A stretch of 64,000 nucleotides of DNA from Candidatus Poribacteria bacterium (GTDB taxonomy: Bacteria; Poribacteria; WGA-4E; GCA-2687025): positions 2,496,001 through 2,560,000 of the forward strand of contig OY762492.1 of assembly GCA_963665845.2 (NCBI GenBank). Reading direction: 5' to 3'. Positions 55,242-64,000 of this stretch are shown one piece after another. The position numbers and the translations under genes were made by a program. Positions within the stretch are counted from its first letter, which is position 1. Each line of letters starts with the position of its first letter. The notes beneath the pieces were generated by a model. It was not told the origin of the DNA. It saw only the letters and a list, made by a program, of their open reading frames with translations, and searched no databases.

Positions 55242-57707
55242 ATGGTTGGAGTCAACATCGGCGTCGGCGACCGCATCGTCGCCGCAGTCGCGCAGGAACC
55301 TTTTGTGAGCGGCGGAAACGATTTTTGCCGCCTGATACCGATATGCACGATGGAAGGGATACCGCTTTCCGCGGAGGAGTTTCCGAATAAGGGGCTTGTT
55401 TGGTGGCGCATCATGGAGTCGGACCGAGACCATGCGGTGCCGAAAAACCTTGTGTTAGTGGAGCTGGAGGAGGCGCCGGCGTATAGCGCGGTCGATCAGA
55501 ACAAAGATTTTTATCAGGCGCGTTCGATCTCGCGCTTGAAAGGCGTCAACGAAATCATCCGCGTCGATCAATACCGGCAGACGGCGGAATTGATACGGGC
55601 GGGCGTCGTGAGACTTCGCCGCCTCGTCCACGGCGCGGTCTATTTCTTGACAGGCGACGAGGTGAGCGGTCCATGGCGCGTCTCCCTGCGCGACGAATCG
55701 AGCGACCCGTATGTGTATGACGTCCAAGCGCTGCAGCAGGAGCGGGTCTGGAACTGGAACTGGAACGAATTCGTCTCGCTTGTGGACGTCATTCCGCGCG
55801 AGGTGCGGTTTGAAACGGACCGCCGATGGGGCGACTACGAGCTGGAGTCCTACACGCTTGTTTTTTACGACCATCTGAAAACCGCCTTTGAAAAGGCGGT
55901 CAACCTAGAAGCGTTGAGCGACCGCGACATCGTCTCTAGGGTCGCGCGCGCCTCGGTGACGCATGCCGAACGGAGAGAGCTGGAGCGGTTCTTTGAGAAC
56001 GCGCTGAAGGATATTGAGGAAGGCGATCTGGCGCGTTACCGCCCGCGCATAGAGACCTATCTGGCGCGCGTTCGCGGTTTTGAGCAGGAGCTGCGCCCGC
56101 TGTACGACTCCATTTTGACGCAGGAGCATATGAAAGCGGCGCTGGAGAAACGGCAGAGCGAACTCGCCGAAGAGTATGTGCGTCAGCGGACGGGCGAGCT
56201 GGAAGAGAAGGCGCGTCAGGAGATCGACGCGCTGCTGGCGGAGCGGGACGAGACGGCGCAGAAAATTGAGGCGTCCCGCGACGCTTTTGAGGAAGAGCGG
56301 CGGCGTCAGGAGGCGGAGCTGGAGAAGGAGCGGCGCAAGCATGAGCTGGAGATGGCGCGCAAACATGAGGCAGAGACGGCGCGGAGCCGCGAAACGATCG
56401 CCGCGCTGGAGAAAGCGGCTGACAACTTCAAGGAGAAGCGGGAAGAAATTCTTCAAAACATGATGAGTTTTCTGCCGTTGATTCAGGAGATGGGCGTCCC
56501 GTCGATTGCCGGCGCGCCGTCTGTGGCCGCTGTTCATCACCAGGAGCGCGCCCCGAAACGCTCCGTCTTCGAATTTCCGCCTTATGTGCTGGAAGGCGCG
56601 CCCGACAACCCGATGGAAGAGTCGCTCTTCATCGACACATGGCTGCAGAATGTGCGTGATTCCGGCTTCTCGTACGCCGATTCTGACCTGCTCAACTATC
56701 ATATTGCGATGAAGTCGGAGCGGTTCAACATACTGGCGGGACCGAGCGGCGTCGGCAAGTCGACCCTGCCGCGCCTATACAGCCTCGCGCTGCACGGGTA
56801 TGCCGGGTCGCAGTCGCCCGATCGATATCTGATGGTGCCGGTGCGCCCTGGATGGATGGACATGCGCGACCTTCTCGGATATTTCAACAGCCTTGAAGGC
56901 GTCTTTGAGCCGGCCCCGGCGCGCCTGTTTGAAACGCTCGTGTTCGCCTGCGAGGAGGAGCGGATGGGGCATTCCGGCGTCTATGTGATCAATCTGGACG
57001 AGATCAATCTGTCCTATGTTGAGCATTACTTTGCCGACTTTTTGAGCGCGCTTCAAAATCCGGAGGGGGCGCAGGGCGTCCGCTGCTTCAACCCCGACCT
57101 GTGCGCGGAGGGCGACCCGCTGCGTCCGTACGGCTACCTTTCCATCGCGCGCAGCGTGCGTTTCACCGGGACGGCGAATGTGGACGAAACGACCAAGCCG
57201 TTCAGCCCGCGCATGCTGGACCGGGTCAATGTGATCGAGATACAGCCGCCGGCAACGCCGATCTTCGCGGGGCAGGAGGCGGCGGCTCTCGGCTCCTCTT
57301 ATTTAGAACGAAAAAACGCCGCGCCCATTTCCGCCTCCGTGTACCGCAGCTGGACGAGAACGCGCCCGTCAGAAGAAACCATCAGCTTTGTGCGCCGTTC
57401 GATAGACCCGATTCAGAAGATACTTTACCAGTACGGATACCCGCTCAGCATGCGCGCCTTGAGCGGCATCGCGCGGTATGTGGCGAACAGCGCCAATCTG
57501 ATCTCGGAGCGGGAGGCGTTCGACCGGCAGATACTCCAGCGCGCCCTGCCGAAACTGCGCGGGCATACCGACCGGTTCCGACAGCTGCTGCAGGAGCTGC
57601 TGGGCGAGTTGCCGGAGGAGCTGTTCCCGCGCTCCCACAAGCGGCTGTCGCGCATGGTGGAGTCGGAATACGCGATGGACTTTTTCCACTGCATACAGGA
57701 AGCGTAA
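55242..57707 (+). CDS. McrB-family AAA+ GTPase (NxD type) with long coiled coil
   Basis: GPSGVGKS Walker A, LDEINLSYVEHYFADFLS, GTANVDETT..FSPRMLDR, QRALPKLRG; E/R/K-rich helical region at about aa 250-410. Confidence 0.88.
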   Translation: MVGVNIGVGDRIVAAVAQEPFVSGGNDFCRLIPICTMEGIPLSAEEFPNKGLVWWRIMESDRDHAVPKNLVLVELEEAPAYSAVDQNKDFYQARSISRLKGVNEIIRVDQYRQTAELIRAGVVRLRRLVHGAVYFLTGDEVSGPWRVSLRDESSDPYVYDVQALQQERVWNWNWNEFVSLVDVIPREVRFETDRRWGDYELESYTLVFYDHLKTAFEKAVNLEALSDRDIVSRVARASVTHAERRELERFFENALKDIEEGDLARYRPRIETYLARVRGFEQELRPLYDSILTQEHMKAALEKRQSELAEEYVRQRTGELEEKARQEIDALLAERDETAQKIEASRDAFEEERRRQEAELEKERRKHELEMARKHEAETARSRETIAALEKAADNFKEKREEILQNMMSFLPLIQEMGVPSIAGAPSVAAVHHQERAPKRSVFEFPPYVLEGAPDNPMEESLFIDTWLQNVRDSGFSYADSDLLNYHIAMKSERFNILAGPSGVGKSTLPRLYSLALHGYAGSQSPDRYLMVPVRPGWMDMRDLLGYFNSLEGVFEPAPARLFETLVFACEEERMGHSGVYVINLDEINLSYVEHYFADFLSALQNPEGAQGVRCFNPDLCAEGDPLRPYGYLSIARSVRFTGTANVDETTKPFSPRMLDRVNVIEIQPPATPIFAGQEAAALGSSYLERKNAAPISASVYRSWTRTRPSEETISFVRRSIDPIQKILYQYGYPLSMRALSGIARYVANSANLISEREAFDRQILQRALPKLRGHTDRFRQLLQELLGELPEELFPRSHKRLSRMVESEYAMDFFHCIQEA

Positions 57708-57709
57708 TC

Positions 57710-59542
57710 ATGGCGGAGGAACTGCTGCTTTACGTCGAGTCGGACGAGACGCCGTATCCGGGCGGGATGCCGCTCCGCTTTCCGTTTGAAAACGGCGCGA
57801 CCCGCCAGGCGCCGCACCCTGTTTATGAGCTGGACGACATCGAGGCGGTGGCGACGAACCCTGACCCTGGATCGCGTTACACGCTGCGGATCGGCGGCAT
57901 TGAGCATCCGCCGTCCTCGCTGTTGTCGGGGGGTCTGCGCTGGGGCGGTCAAAAGCTTCTCGCCAACTTTCGCGGCTGGGTTTCGGTACAGATCGCGCGC
58001 ATCGGCCCGGGCGGCGAAAGCTCCATGGTCATCGAGATCCTGTGCCGTCCGTCGAAGATCACTGAAGACCAGTACGAGGCGATGGTCATGGAGATTGAGG
58101 CGGCGTCCAAAGGTCTCATCCTGGATGTGATGGGCGCGCGGGCGGGCTTCGGCTGGAGCCAGCAAAATATGGCGACGCGGTTTCGCCATACCGAGGAGCA
58201 TGCCGAAATCGGAAACGCCCTAAACAGAATACGCGCCGAACTGGGCGGACTACAAAGCGGAGCGGCGCTGCAGTTAAAGGTGGACAGGGAGCGGGTCCAA
58301 AAATGGAGCTACAACGGACTTGACCACCGCTCGCTGAACGATCTGATCTCGACCGGCGTCGATCCGCGCGACCCGTCCAGCCGCCCCTTTTTATGCAGCG
58401 CTCCAGTCCGTTCCTTGACGGCGCAGACGCATGAGAACCAGCAGATCGGGCGGTTCTTGATGTGGCTGCGGCAGCGGCTTGGGTTCATCGCGCAGATGAT
58501 GGAGGCGCAGATGGCGCTGATCGATGAGGATCGCTGGTGGAAAGACCTGCCGCGTCCGGACGGGCCCTCCATCTGGGAGACGGAGGATGAGCCGCGCCGA
58601 CGCCGCCTTGAGCAGATTATTGAATCATGCAATGAGCATCGCCGCTCCATCTGGCGCGACATGCGCGAATACCCGTTTCTGCAGGCGGACGCCAAGCCGA
58701 TGGATCTGCGCCCGACAGCGCTGTTTCTGCGCCATCCTGTTTATTCGACGATCTACCGCGTCATGCTCTCGTTCATGCGGCAGCATGGGAACATCTTCGA
58801 CCGCGCCAATTTTGAGATGCAGGCGCGCGTCAAAGGCACCGACAAGCTGTACGAATATTGGACATATCTCAACATGCTGCGGTATTTGACGGAGCGGGGT
58901 CGGTTGAAAGTGGAGGAATACGGGTCGCTGTATGAGCGCTCGTCGCAGATTGGCGCCTACACGCTGCATATTGAGCGCTCGTCGGCGCTGTTTCGGCTGG
59001 ATGACACGCGGACGCTGCGCCTCTTATACACGCCGCTCATTTATCAACGGGAGGAGGCGGCGCGGCGCAGTCTCCCCTTCTACAAAGCCGGCGGCGGACT
59101 GCCGTATAGCCCCGACTTCATGATCGAGGTGCGCGAGGAGGGGCGGCTGAAGATGGGCGTCATTCTGGACGCGAAGTATATGCGCGATGTGTCCCGCGAA
59201 ATGGACGACCTGCGCAAATACTTGACCGCGATCCGCGACGCCGAAACGGGAGAGCCGTTCGCCCGTTCGCTCTGGCTGCTGTATGTTGGGAGCGAGGAGG
59301 CGGTCGGTCCGCCGTGCCGCGCCGAGATTCATACGAATCGCGCCGCGTTCATCCCGAACGACGCGGACTATGTGGAGACGCGCGGAGACGACTCGGTCGT
59401 CATTGGCGCGATGCGTTTTGCGCCGCGTCCGTGGGAGGGGCCGGACAGTTCGCTTGACCAGCTGGACGCGCTGTTCCGTCCGCTGCTGGAGAGCCTGGGC
59501 GTCTCATTCAGCCCAGAGTTTGAGGCTGCCGCTGTCGGGTAG
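57710..59542 (+). CDS. McrC-like (DUF2357-type) PD-(D/E)xK nuclease
   Basis: PSKITEDQYEAM, THENQ, HPVY, DKLYEYW, PDF..ILDAKY; starts 2 bp after McrB. Confidence 0.82.
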   Translation: MAEELLLYVESDETPYPGGMPLRFPFENGATRQAPHPVYELDDIEAVATNPDPGSRYTLRIGGIEHPPSSLLSGGLRWGGQKLLANFRGWVSVQIARIGPGGESSMVIEILCRPSKITEDQYEAMVMEIEAASKGLILDVMGARAGFGWSQQNMATRFRHTEEHAEIGNALNRIRAELGGLQSGAALQLKVDRERVQKWSYNGLDHRSLNDLISTGVDPRDPSSRPFLCSAPVRSLTAQTHENQQIGRFLMWLRQRLGFIAQMMEAQMALIDEDRWWKDLPRPDGPSIWETEDEPRRRRLEQIIESCNEHRRSIWRDMREYPFLQADAKPMDLRPTALFLRHPVYSTIYRVMLSFMRQHGNIFDRANFEMQARVKGTDKLYEYWTYLNMLRYLTERGRLKVEEYGSLYERSSQIGAYTLHIERSSALFRLDDTRTLRLLYTPLIYQREEAARRSLPFYKAGGGLPYSPDFMIEVREEGRLKMGVILDAKYMRDVSREMDDLRKYLTAIRDAETGEPFARSLWLLYVGSEEAVGPPCRAEIHTNRAAFIPNDADYVETRGDDSVVIGAMRFAPRPWEGPDSSLDQLDALFRPLLESLGVSFSPEFEAAAVG

Positions 59543-59629
59543 GCCATGTCCGTATAGTCCGTCCCGCGCATGAGGGGGTTTTCTAGACTCCCCCTTGAAA
59601 AGGCGTTTACGGGCGCGGCGTCCGATTCC

Positions 59630-59798
59630 CTGACCTCATGCTTAAAGTTGGGACATTTGAACCAACGATCGCTCTATTCATGGGAAAAAGGCGCCGCCAA
59701 CCAGACCGTCATTCCCGCGCAAGCGGGAATCCAGAGGCATCCTAGAAACCGTCCGCGTCCGCCCGCCCGACATGTCTCAACTTAAGACGTAAGGTCAG
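59630..59798. mobile_element. MITE-A, 169 bp
   Basis: CTGACCTCATGCTTAAAGTTGGGACAT...ATGTCTCAACTTAAGACGTAAGGTCAG (21 of 27 bases inverted match); internal ATTCCC-N8-GGGAAT. Confidence 0.8.
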
Positions 59799-59870
59799 CA
59801 ACGCGCGATTGCCCAATCCAGCAGGCTGGGTGTATAATAAAAGAACGTTTTTCTATGAAGGAGCGAGACG

Positions 59871-60674
59871 ATGAAACGATTTGGATTGTGCATAGCGGTC
59901 GCGCTGGCAATGGCGGCGTTGACGCCGGCGATGGCGCAGGATCAAGAGTACACTGTTCGGTATGCGTCCGATTTTCCGGACGATCCAGCCTCCGAGGCGA
60001 TTGTGTGGTCGCTTGTCGACTTTGTCGAGTTGGACAAGGGCGATTTTACGGAGCATGGCGGCGGTACACACAACGGAAACGACGATGCCAGCGGGCGATT
60101 TCTGTTTCTCTGGAACGAAGAGGGCCTCTTTTTCATGTCAGAGATTACAGACGATTCGCACTTGAACGCCAACGCAGGGGCCGGCATCTGGAACGGCGAC
60201 AGTACCCAGATCGCCATTGAGCCGACAGGCGATCGTCCGGGAGGCGGAGGCGGCGTCATGTACGAGTACAACTTCGGACTCGGCGCGCCCGATTCCGCGA
60301 CGCCCAGCTTCGCGCGCGCCCTTCGGCATGCCGATGGACCTGGGGCGTTCGACCCAGATCTGTTCGTGTACAAATTCGAGCGGATAGAGGAGCTGAAGCT
60401 GACCAAGTATCTGGTCTTCTTTCCTGCCAGCGAGATCGTCCCCGCCGAGCTGGAGGCAGATTCAACGATCGGACTGGGACTCATTGTGAACGACGGCGAC
60501 GACGAACCTGGACAAGCTGGACAGAAAGGATGGCTCGGATGGGGCGCCAACTCCATCGTCTTTGGAAAAGACGCGAGCCAGACCAACCTGCTCATACTTT
60601 CGGAGGAAGACCTCAGCGTTGATCCTGCCGGCAAGCTGGCAGCGTCCTGGGCGGACATCAAAACGAGCCGATAA
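59871..60674 (+). CDS. Secreted CBM9/DOMON-like carbohydrate-binding protein, copy 1
   Basis: AAGGAG RBS, signal peptide, DASG.F..LWNEEGL....ITDD, IWNGDS.QIAI, IGLGLIVNDGD; ends VDPAGKLAASWADIK. Confidence 0.8.
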   Translation: MKRFGLCIAVALAMAALTPAMAQDQEYTVRYASDFPDDPASEAIVWSLVDFVELDKGDFTEHGGGTHNGNDDASGRFLFLWNEEGLFFMSEITDDSHLNANAGAGIWNGDSTQIAIEPTGDRPGGGGGVMYEYNFGLGAPDSATPSFARALRHADGPGAFDPDLFVYKFERIEELKLTKYLVFFPASEIVPAELEADSTIGLGLIVNDGDDEPGQAGQKGWLGWGANSIVFGKDASQTNLLILSEEDLSVDPAGKLAASWADIKTSR

Positions 60675-60830
60675 ACAACGGAGGAACGCTGCAAGAAACA
60701 AACAGCGCCGCGTCATGCTTGAATGCGCATGCCGCGGCGCTGGATCGGCGGGCCGCCGCGCAAAATGAACGTCATCGAATTGAGCAGTCTAGGCGTATCA
60801 CATAGGAGAATGTTTTCTATGAAGGGCGAG

Positions 60831-61627
60831 ATGAAACGATCTGGATTGCGCATAGCGGCGGCGATGTCGATGGCGGCGTTCATGACAGCGGCGACGGCGC
60901 AGGATCAAGAGTACATTGTTCGGTATGCGCCAGAGGCGGCGCTTCCTGACGATCCTGCCTCCCTGTGGTCGATTGTCGATTTTGTCGAGTTGGACAAGGA
61001 CGATTTTACGGCGGCGGCATACACAACGGAAACGAGGACGCCAGCGGACGATTTCTGCTTCTTTGGAACGAAGAAGGCATCATCCTGATGATCGAAGTGA
61101 CAGACGATTCGCACCTGAACAACAACACTGGAGACGACATCTGGGTTGGCGACAGCGTCCAGGCCGCCATTGAACCGACAGGCGAGCGTCCGCCGGGCGG
61201 AGACGGCGTCATGTACGAATTCAACTTTGGACTCGGCGCTCCCAATTCCTCGACGCCCAGTTTCGCGCGCGAACTGCGGCATTTCAAAGGACCTGCAGAG
61301 TTCCACCCTGAAACAGTTTTTTACGAATTCGAGCGGGTGGAGAAGCATAAGCTGACCAAGTATCTGGTCTTCTTTCCTGCCAAACAGATCGCGCCCGCCG
61401 AGATGAAGGCGGATACAACGATGGGGCTGGGACTCATCGTGAACGACGGCGACGACGAACCTGGACAAGACGGACAAAAAGGATGGCTCGGATGGGGCGC
61501 CAACTCCATCGTCTTTGGAAAAGACGCGAGCCAAACCAACCTGCTCATACTTTCGCAAGCCGCCCTAAGCGTCGATCCAGCCGGCAAGCTGGCAGCGTCC
61601 TGGGCGGACATCAAAACAAGCCGATAA
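60831..61627 (+). pseudogene. CBM9-like paralog, copy 2, frameshifted
   Basis: 7-bp deletion near 61009 relative to copy 1 (TTT ACG GAG CAT GGC GGC becomes TTT AC GGC GGC); the ORF is split over two frames. Confidence 0.8.
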
Positions 61628-61663
61628 ACAACGGCGCAACACTACAAGAAAGGATCGGATCAT

Positions 61664-62449
61664 ATGAAACGAACAGCGATGGCGGCGGCATGCGCATTTG
61701 CGCTTGCCGGAGCGGCATTTGCCCAAGACCAGGAGTACTCCGCCTACCACACAGGCGGCTCCGCGCCGACAATCGACGCCAACTTGAACGACTGGAGCGG
61801 CGTCCCTGAAGGCGTCGCGCTCGCCGACTTTAGGGAGCATGGCGGCGGCAAATGGAACGGCGAAGACGACGCCAGCGGAACCTTCTGGCTCCTCTGGAAC
61901 GAAAACGGACTCTACTTCGCCGCGGACATCACGGACGACTCGCATCTGAACACAGGCGTCGGCGGCGGCATCTGGAACGGCGACGGAGCGCAGGTCGCCA
62001 TCGACCCGACGGGAGAACGCGCCGGCGGAGGCAATATGTACGAGTTCAACTTCGGTCTCGGCGGCCCCAACTCCGACAGCCCGCAATTCAGCCGGGCGCT
62101 CAAATTTGCGACGGGACCTGCGGAGGTGGGCGTCACGGCGGACGATTACGCGATTGCGCGCATCGAAGGGGAAAAACGGACGCTCTATGAAGCGTTCTTC
62201 CCGGCGGCTGCGATTCCGCCCACGGCTCTAGAAGCGGGCGGCTCCATCGGCTTCGGAATGATTGTGAACGACGGGGACGATGAGCCTGGTCAACAAGGGC
62301 AGAAAGGGTGGCTCGGATGGGGCGCGAACGCGATCGTCTTCGGCAAAGACACCGCGCAGATGAATGTCGTCAACTTCGTCGGAACGCCCGCGTCGGTTGA
62401 TCCGTCGGGCAAGATGGCGTCCTCATGGGGAACGCTCAAAACCCGCTAA
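61664..62449 (+). CDS. Secreted CBM9/DOMON-like protein, copy 3
   Basis: APTIDANLNDW, LLWNENGLYFAADITDD; ends VDPSGKMASSWGTLK. Confidence 0.82.
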   Translation: MKRTAMAAACAFALAGAAFAQDQEYSAYHTGGSAPTIDANLNDWSGVPEGVALADFREHGGGKWNGEDDASGTFWLLWNENGLYFAADITDDSHLNTGVGGGIWNGDGAQVAIDPTGERAGGGNMYEFNFGLGGPNSDSPQFSRALKFATGPAEVGVTADDYAIARIEGEKRTLYEAFFPAAAIPPTALEAGGSIGFGMIVNDGDDEPGQQGQKGWLGWGANAIVFGKDTAQMNVVNFVGTPASVDPSGKMASSWGTLKTR

Positions 62450-62580
62450 GATTCCCGTTTTCACGGGAATGACGAGAGGTGAACGGAAGATTCCCGTTTT
62501 CACGGGAATGACGAAAAGGTGAACGGAAGATTCCCGTTTTCACGGGAATGACGAAAAGGTGAACGGGAATGACGAAAAGG
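62448..62580. repeat. Tandem 39-40 bp repeat, three copies plus a partial, built on ATTCCC-GTTTTCAC-GGGAAT
   Basis: AAGATTCCCGTTTTCACGGGAATGACGA(G/AA)AGGTGAACGG repeated. Confidence 0.9.
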
Positions 62581-62611
62581 GCGGTACCCATCATGGGTAC
62601 CGCCCTTTTTT
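62575..62611. terminator. Bidirectional intrinsic terminator
   Basis: AAAAGGGCGGTACCCA-TCA-TGGGTACCGCCCTTTTTT between convergent genes. Confidence 0.8.
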
Positions 62612-62784
62612 ATGGAGGCTCCGCGTCCGATTCCCCCTTGAAAAGGGGGCTAGGGGGGTTTAAAGAACGGGCGCGGCGGCTGCGATGCCTTTTTATAAAG
62701 GCGCCGCAGAAGACGTCTGCGTTCGCATGCCGACATATCCCAACTTAAGACGCGAGGTCAGATTTTATGGAGGAGCCGTTCCGC

Positions 62785-63774
62785 CTATCTCTTTAAGCCC
62801 GCCCAGACGACAGGCAACTTCCCTCCGCTTGCGACATTCATCGGCGGCTCTTCCGGGTCGTCGCCTTCGAAGGTTGTCGGCGGGGCGTAGGCGAAGGTGT
62901 GCATGAAATGGTTGCCCTGTATGTCCAGAATCTGAGCCACTAGGCTGTTGTCCCCGGCGAGCCAGGCGGTTCGGGTCTGGATCACCGCCGCGTCGCGCGC
63001 GCCCTGAATGGTCGTGTCCCAGCCGACGACGCCCACATCGGAGAGCCGCATCAGGTGCGCTTGATGCAGCCCGATGTCGGAGCCGGCGTTGATGGTGAAC
63101 TGCGCATACTTCTTGCCGTCCAGTTTGACGCCTTTCATATCAACCCCGAACACATCCGGCACATCGTTGATGCGGTGAACGTCGTTGAAGTAATGATGCT
63201 TGTCGAGCCAGCGGCATTCAAAATCGTTGAATTCGTCGTCGCCGGCGCCCATGATCGCCTTCGGATTTGTCAGGTCATGGTAGAGGCCGAACGCGTGGCC
63301 GAGTTCGTGGGCGGTGAGGGAGACATGATCGGGGCAATTGCTATGCTCGGCGATCAGCGCCGTCCCGCCGTTTGCCCAGCCGAAGATGGGAAAGCCTGTC
63401 CCGCAGGGCCAGCCCTCCACAAATTCGGCGCCGGCGAGAAAGATCGCATAGACGTTGTTCTGGTTGCGGAACCGCTGCGGCAGCTCCTGCTCAATCTTGT
63501 TGTAGGTGTCGTGCAGGTAATGGTTGAGCGCATGCTTGCCGCGGAGGATGTGGATCGCCGGGTCGAGGCGGAAGGTTTTCTCGCCGAAGCCGTGCCGATC
63601 CATTTCGGACTGGTACAGCTCCTGCGCGCCTTCGATGAGCCGTTTCACCTTCGCGGTGTTTTCCGCCACATTGGTCGGCTTGAAATAGATCGCCTTGACC
63701 TGAAACGGCAGCTGGGCGGAAGCGCCGGCGGTCGTCAGCAGGGCGGACGCCATCAGAACGAGCAGTTTTTTCAA
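62785..63774 (-). CDS. Secreted metzincin-type zinc metallopeptidase with conserved C-terminal motif
   Basis: GAGGAG RBS with TTG start, signal peptide, HELGHAFGLYH, AIMG Met-turn; ends VASGGKLPVVWAGLKR. Confidence 0.85.
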   Translation of the reverse strand: MKKLLVLMASALLTTAGASAQLPFQVKAIYFKPTNVAENTAKVKRLIEGAQELYQSEMDRHGFGEKTFRLDPAIHILRGKHALNHYLHDTYNKIEQELPQRFRNQNNVYAIFLAGAEFVEGWPCGTGFPIFGWANGGTALIAEHSNCPDHVSLTAHELGHAFGLYHDLTNPKAIMGAGDDEFNDFECRWLDKHHYFNDVHRINDVPDVFGVDMKGVKLDGKKYAQFTINAGSDIGLHQAHLMRLSDVGVVGWDTTIQGARDAAVIQTRTAWLAGDNSLVAQILDIQGNHFMHTFAYAPPTTFEGDDPEEPPMNVASGGKLPVVWAGLKR

Positions 63775-63867
63775 ATCGTCTCCTCAACAAAAGGTGTTTG
63801 ACATGTCATGGGGCGGATGCGCCTAAAGCGCAAGGGTATAATGCGACTGCAGACATCCTCTGATGCG

Positions 63868-63955
63868 CTTAAGATTCCCGCTTACGCGGGAATGACGGAA
63901 ACGGCGCGCGAGTGACCCCGTTTTCACGAGGGCAGGCTATGAGGGCGCGGGAATA
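63868..63955. repeat. Small mosaic repeat cluster
   Basis: GATTCCCGCTTACGCGGGAATGAC and CCCCGTTTTCACGAGGGCAGGCTATG. Confidence 0.75.
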
Positions 63956-64000
63956 CGGCATCAACAGCAACGCGCTCCTTTATATATAGTCGGTGGAGCC

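Noticed and set aside
57101-57709. N-terminal 203 aa of the 813-aa ORF; likewise the extensions at 1458, 2814, 11360, 20523 and 32349
   Set aside because: They overlap upstream genes, tRNAs or repeats; downstream starts fit domain boundaries better.
55059-59600. tRNA-Gly-anchored integrative island carrying McrBC
   Set aside because: No integrase and no duplicated tRNA 3' end were found downstream within the window.
62448-62580. Possible CRISPR array (palindromic unit with ~40-bp period)
   Set aside because: The intervening sequences are essentially identical rather than unique spacers, the palindrome is the dRS3-like repeat, and no cas genes are present.

Overview
GC-rich bacterial chromosome segment. 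The gene content (LamG, DUF1080, Gfo/Idh/MocA, sulfatase-like, planctomycete-type cytochrome c) and a recurring C-terminal protein motif suggest Candidatus Poribacteria or a relative; this is inference. Housekeeping and metabolic genes include argJ, argB, mqnC, trpD, tadA, a split glutamate synthase-like pair, L-fuconate dehydratase, mobA, rimP, an SPT-like enzyme, glgP and tricorn protease, plus seven tRNAs. They are interspersed with defence-like genes and dense mosaic intergenic repeats. Main observations: (1) eight genes for signal-peptide proteins of four unrelated fold types end in the motif V-[D/A]-[P/S]-x-[G/V]-K-x4-W-[G/A]-x-[ILV]-K, a candidate lineage-specific sorting or anchoring signal whose DNA module appears to be swapped between genes. 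(2) A family of single-chain beta-class DNA methyltransferase-HNH fusions has conserved ends and an exchanged central region: two intact copies, one copy collapsed at an 11-bp microhomology and one 3' fragment. (3) A coiled-coil NxD-type McrB with a PD-DxK McrC follows a tRNA cluster. (4) An A-X-B|A-Y-B arrangement places two different cargo blocks in one intergenic slot. (5) Up to three MITE-like families, some with target-site duplications, are nested with ATTCCC-N8-GGGAAT and CCCCCTTGAAAAGGGGG palindromes. No CRISPR array or rRNA was seen. All functional calls rest on motif recognition only; no searches were run.
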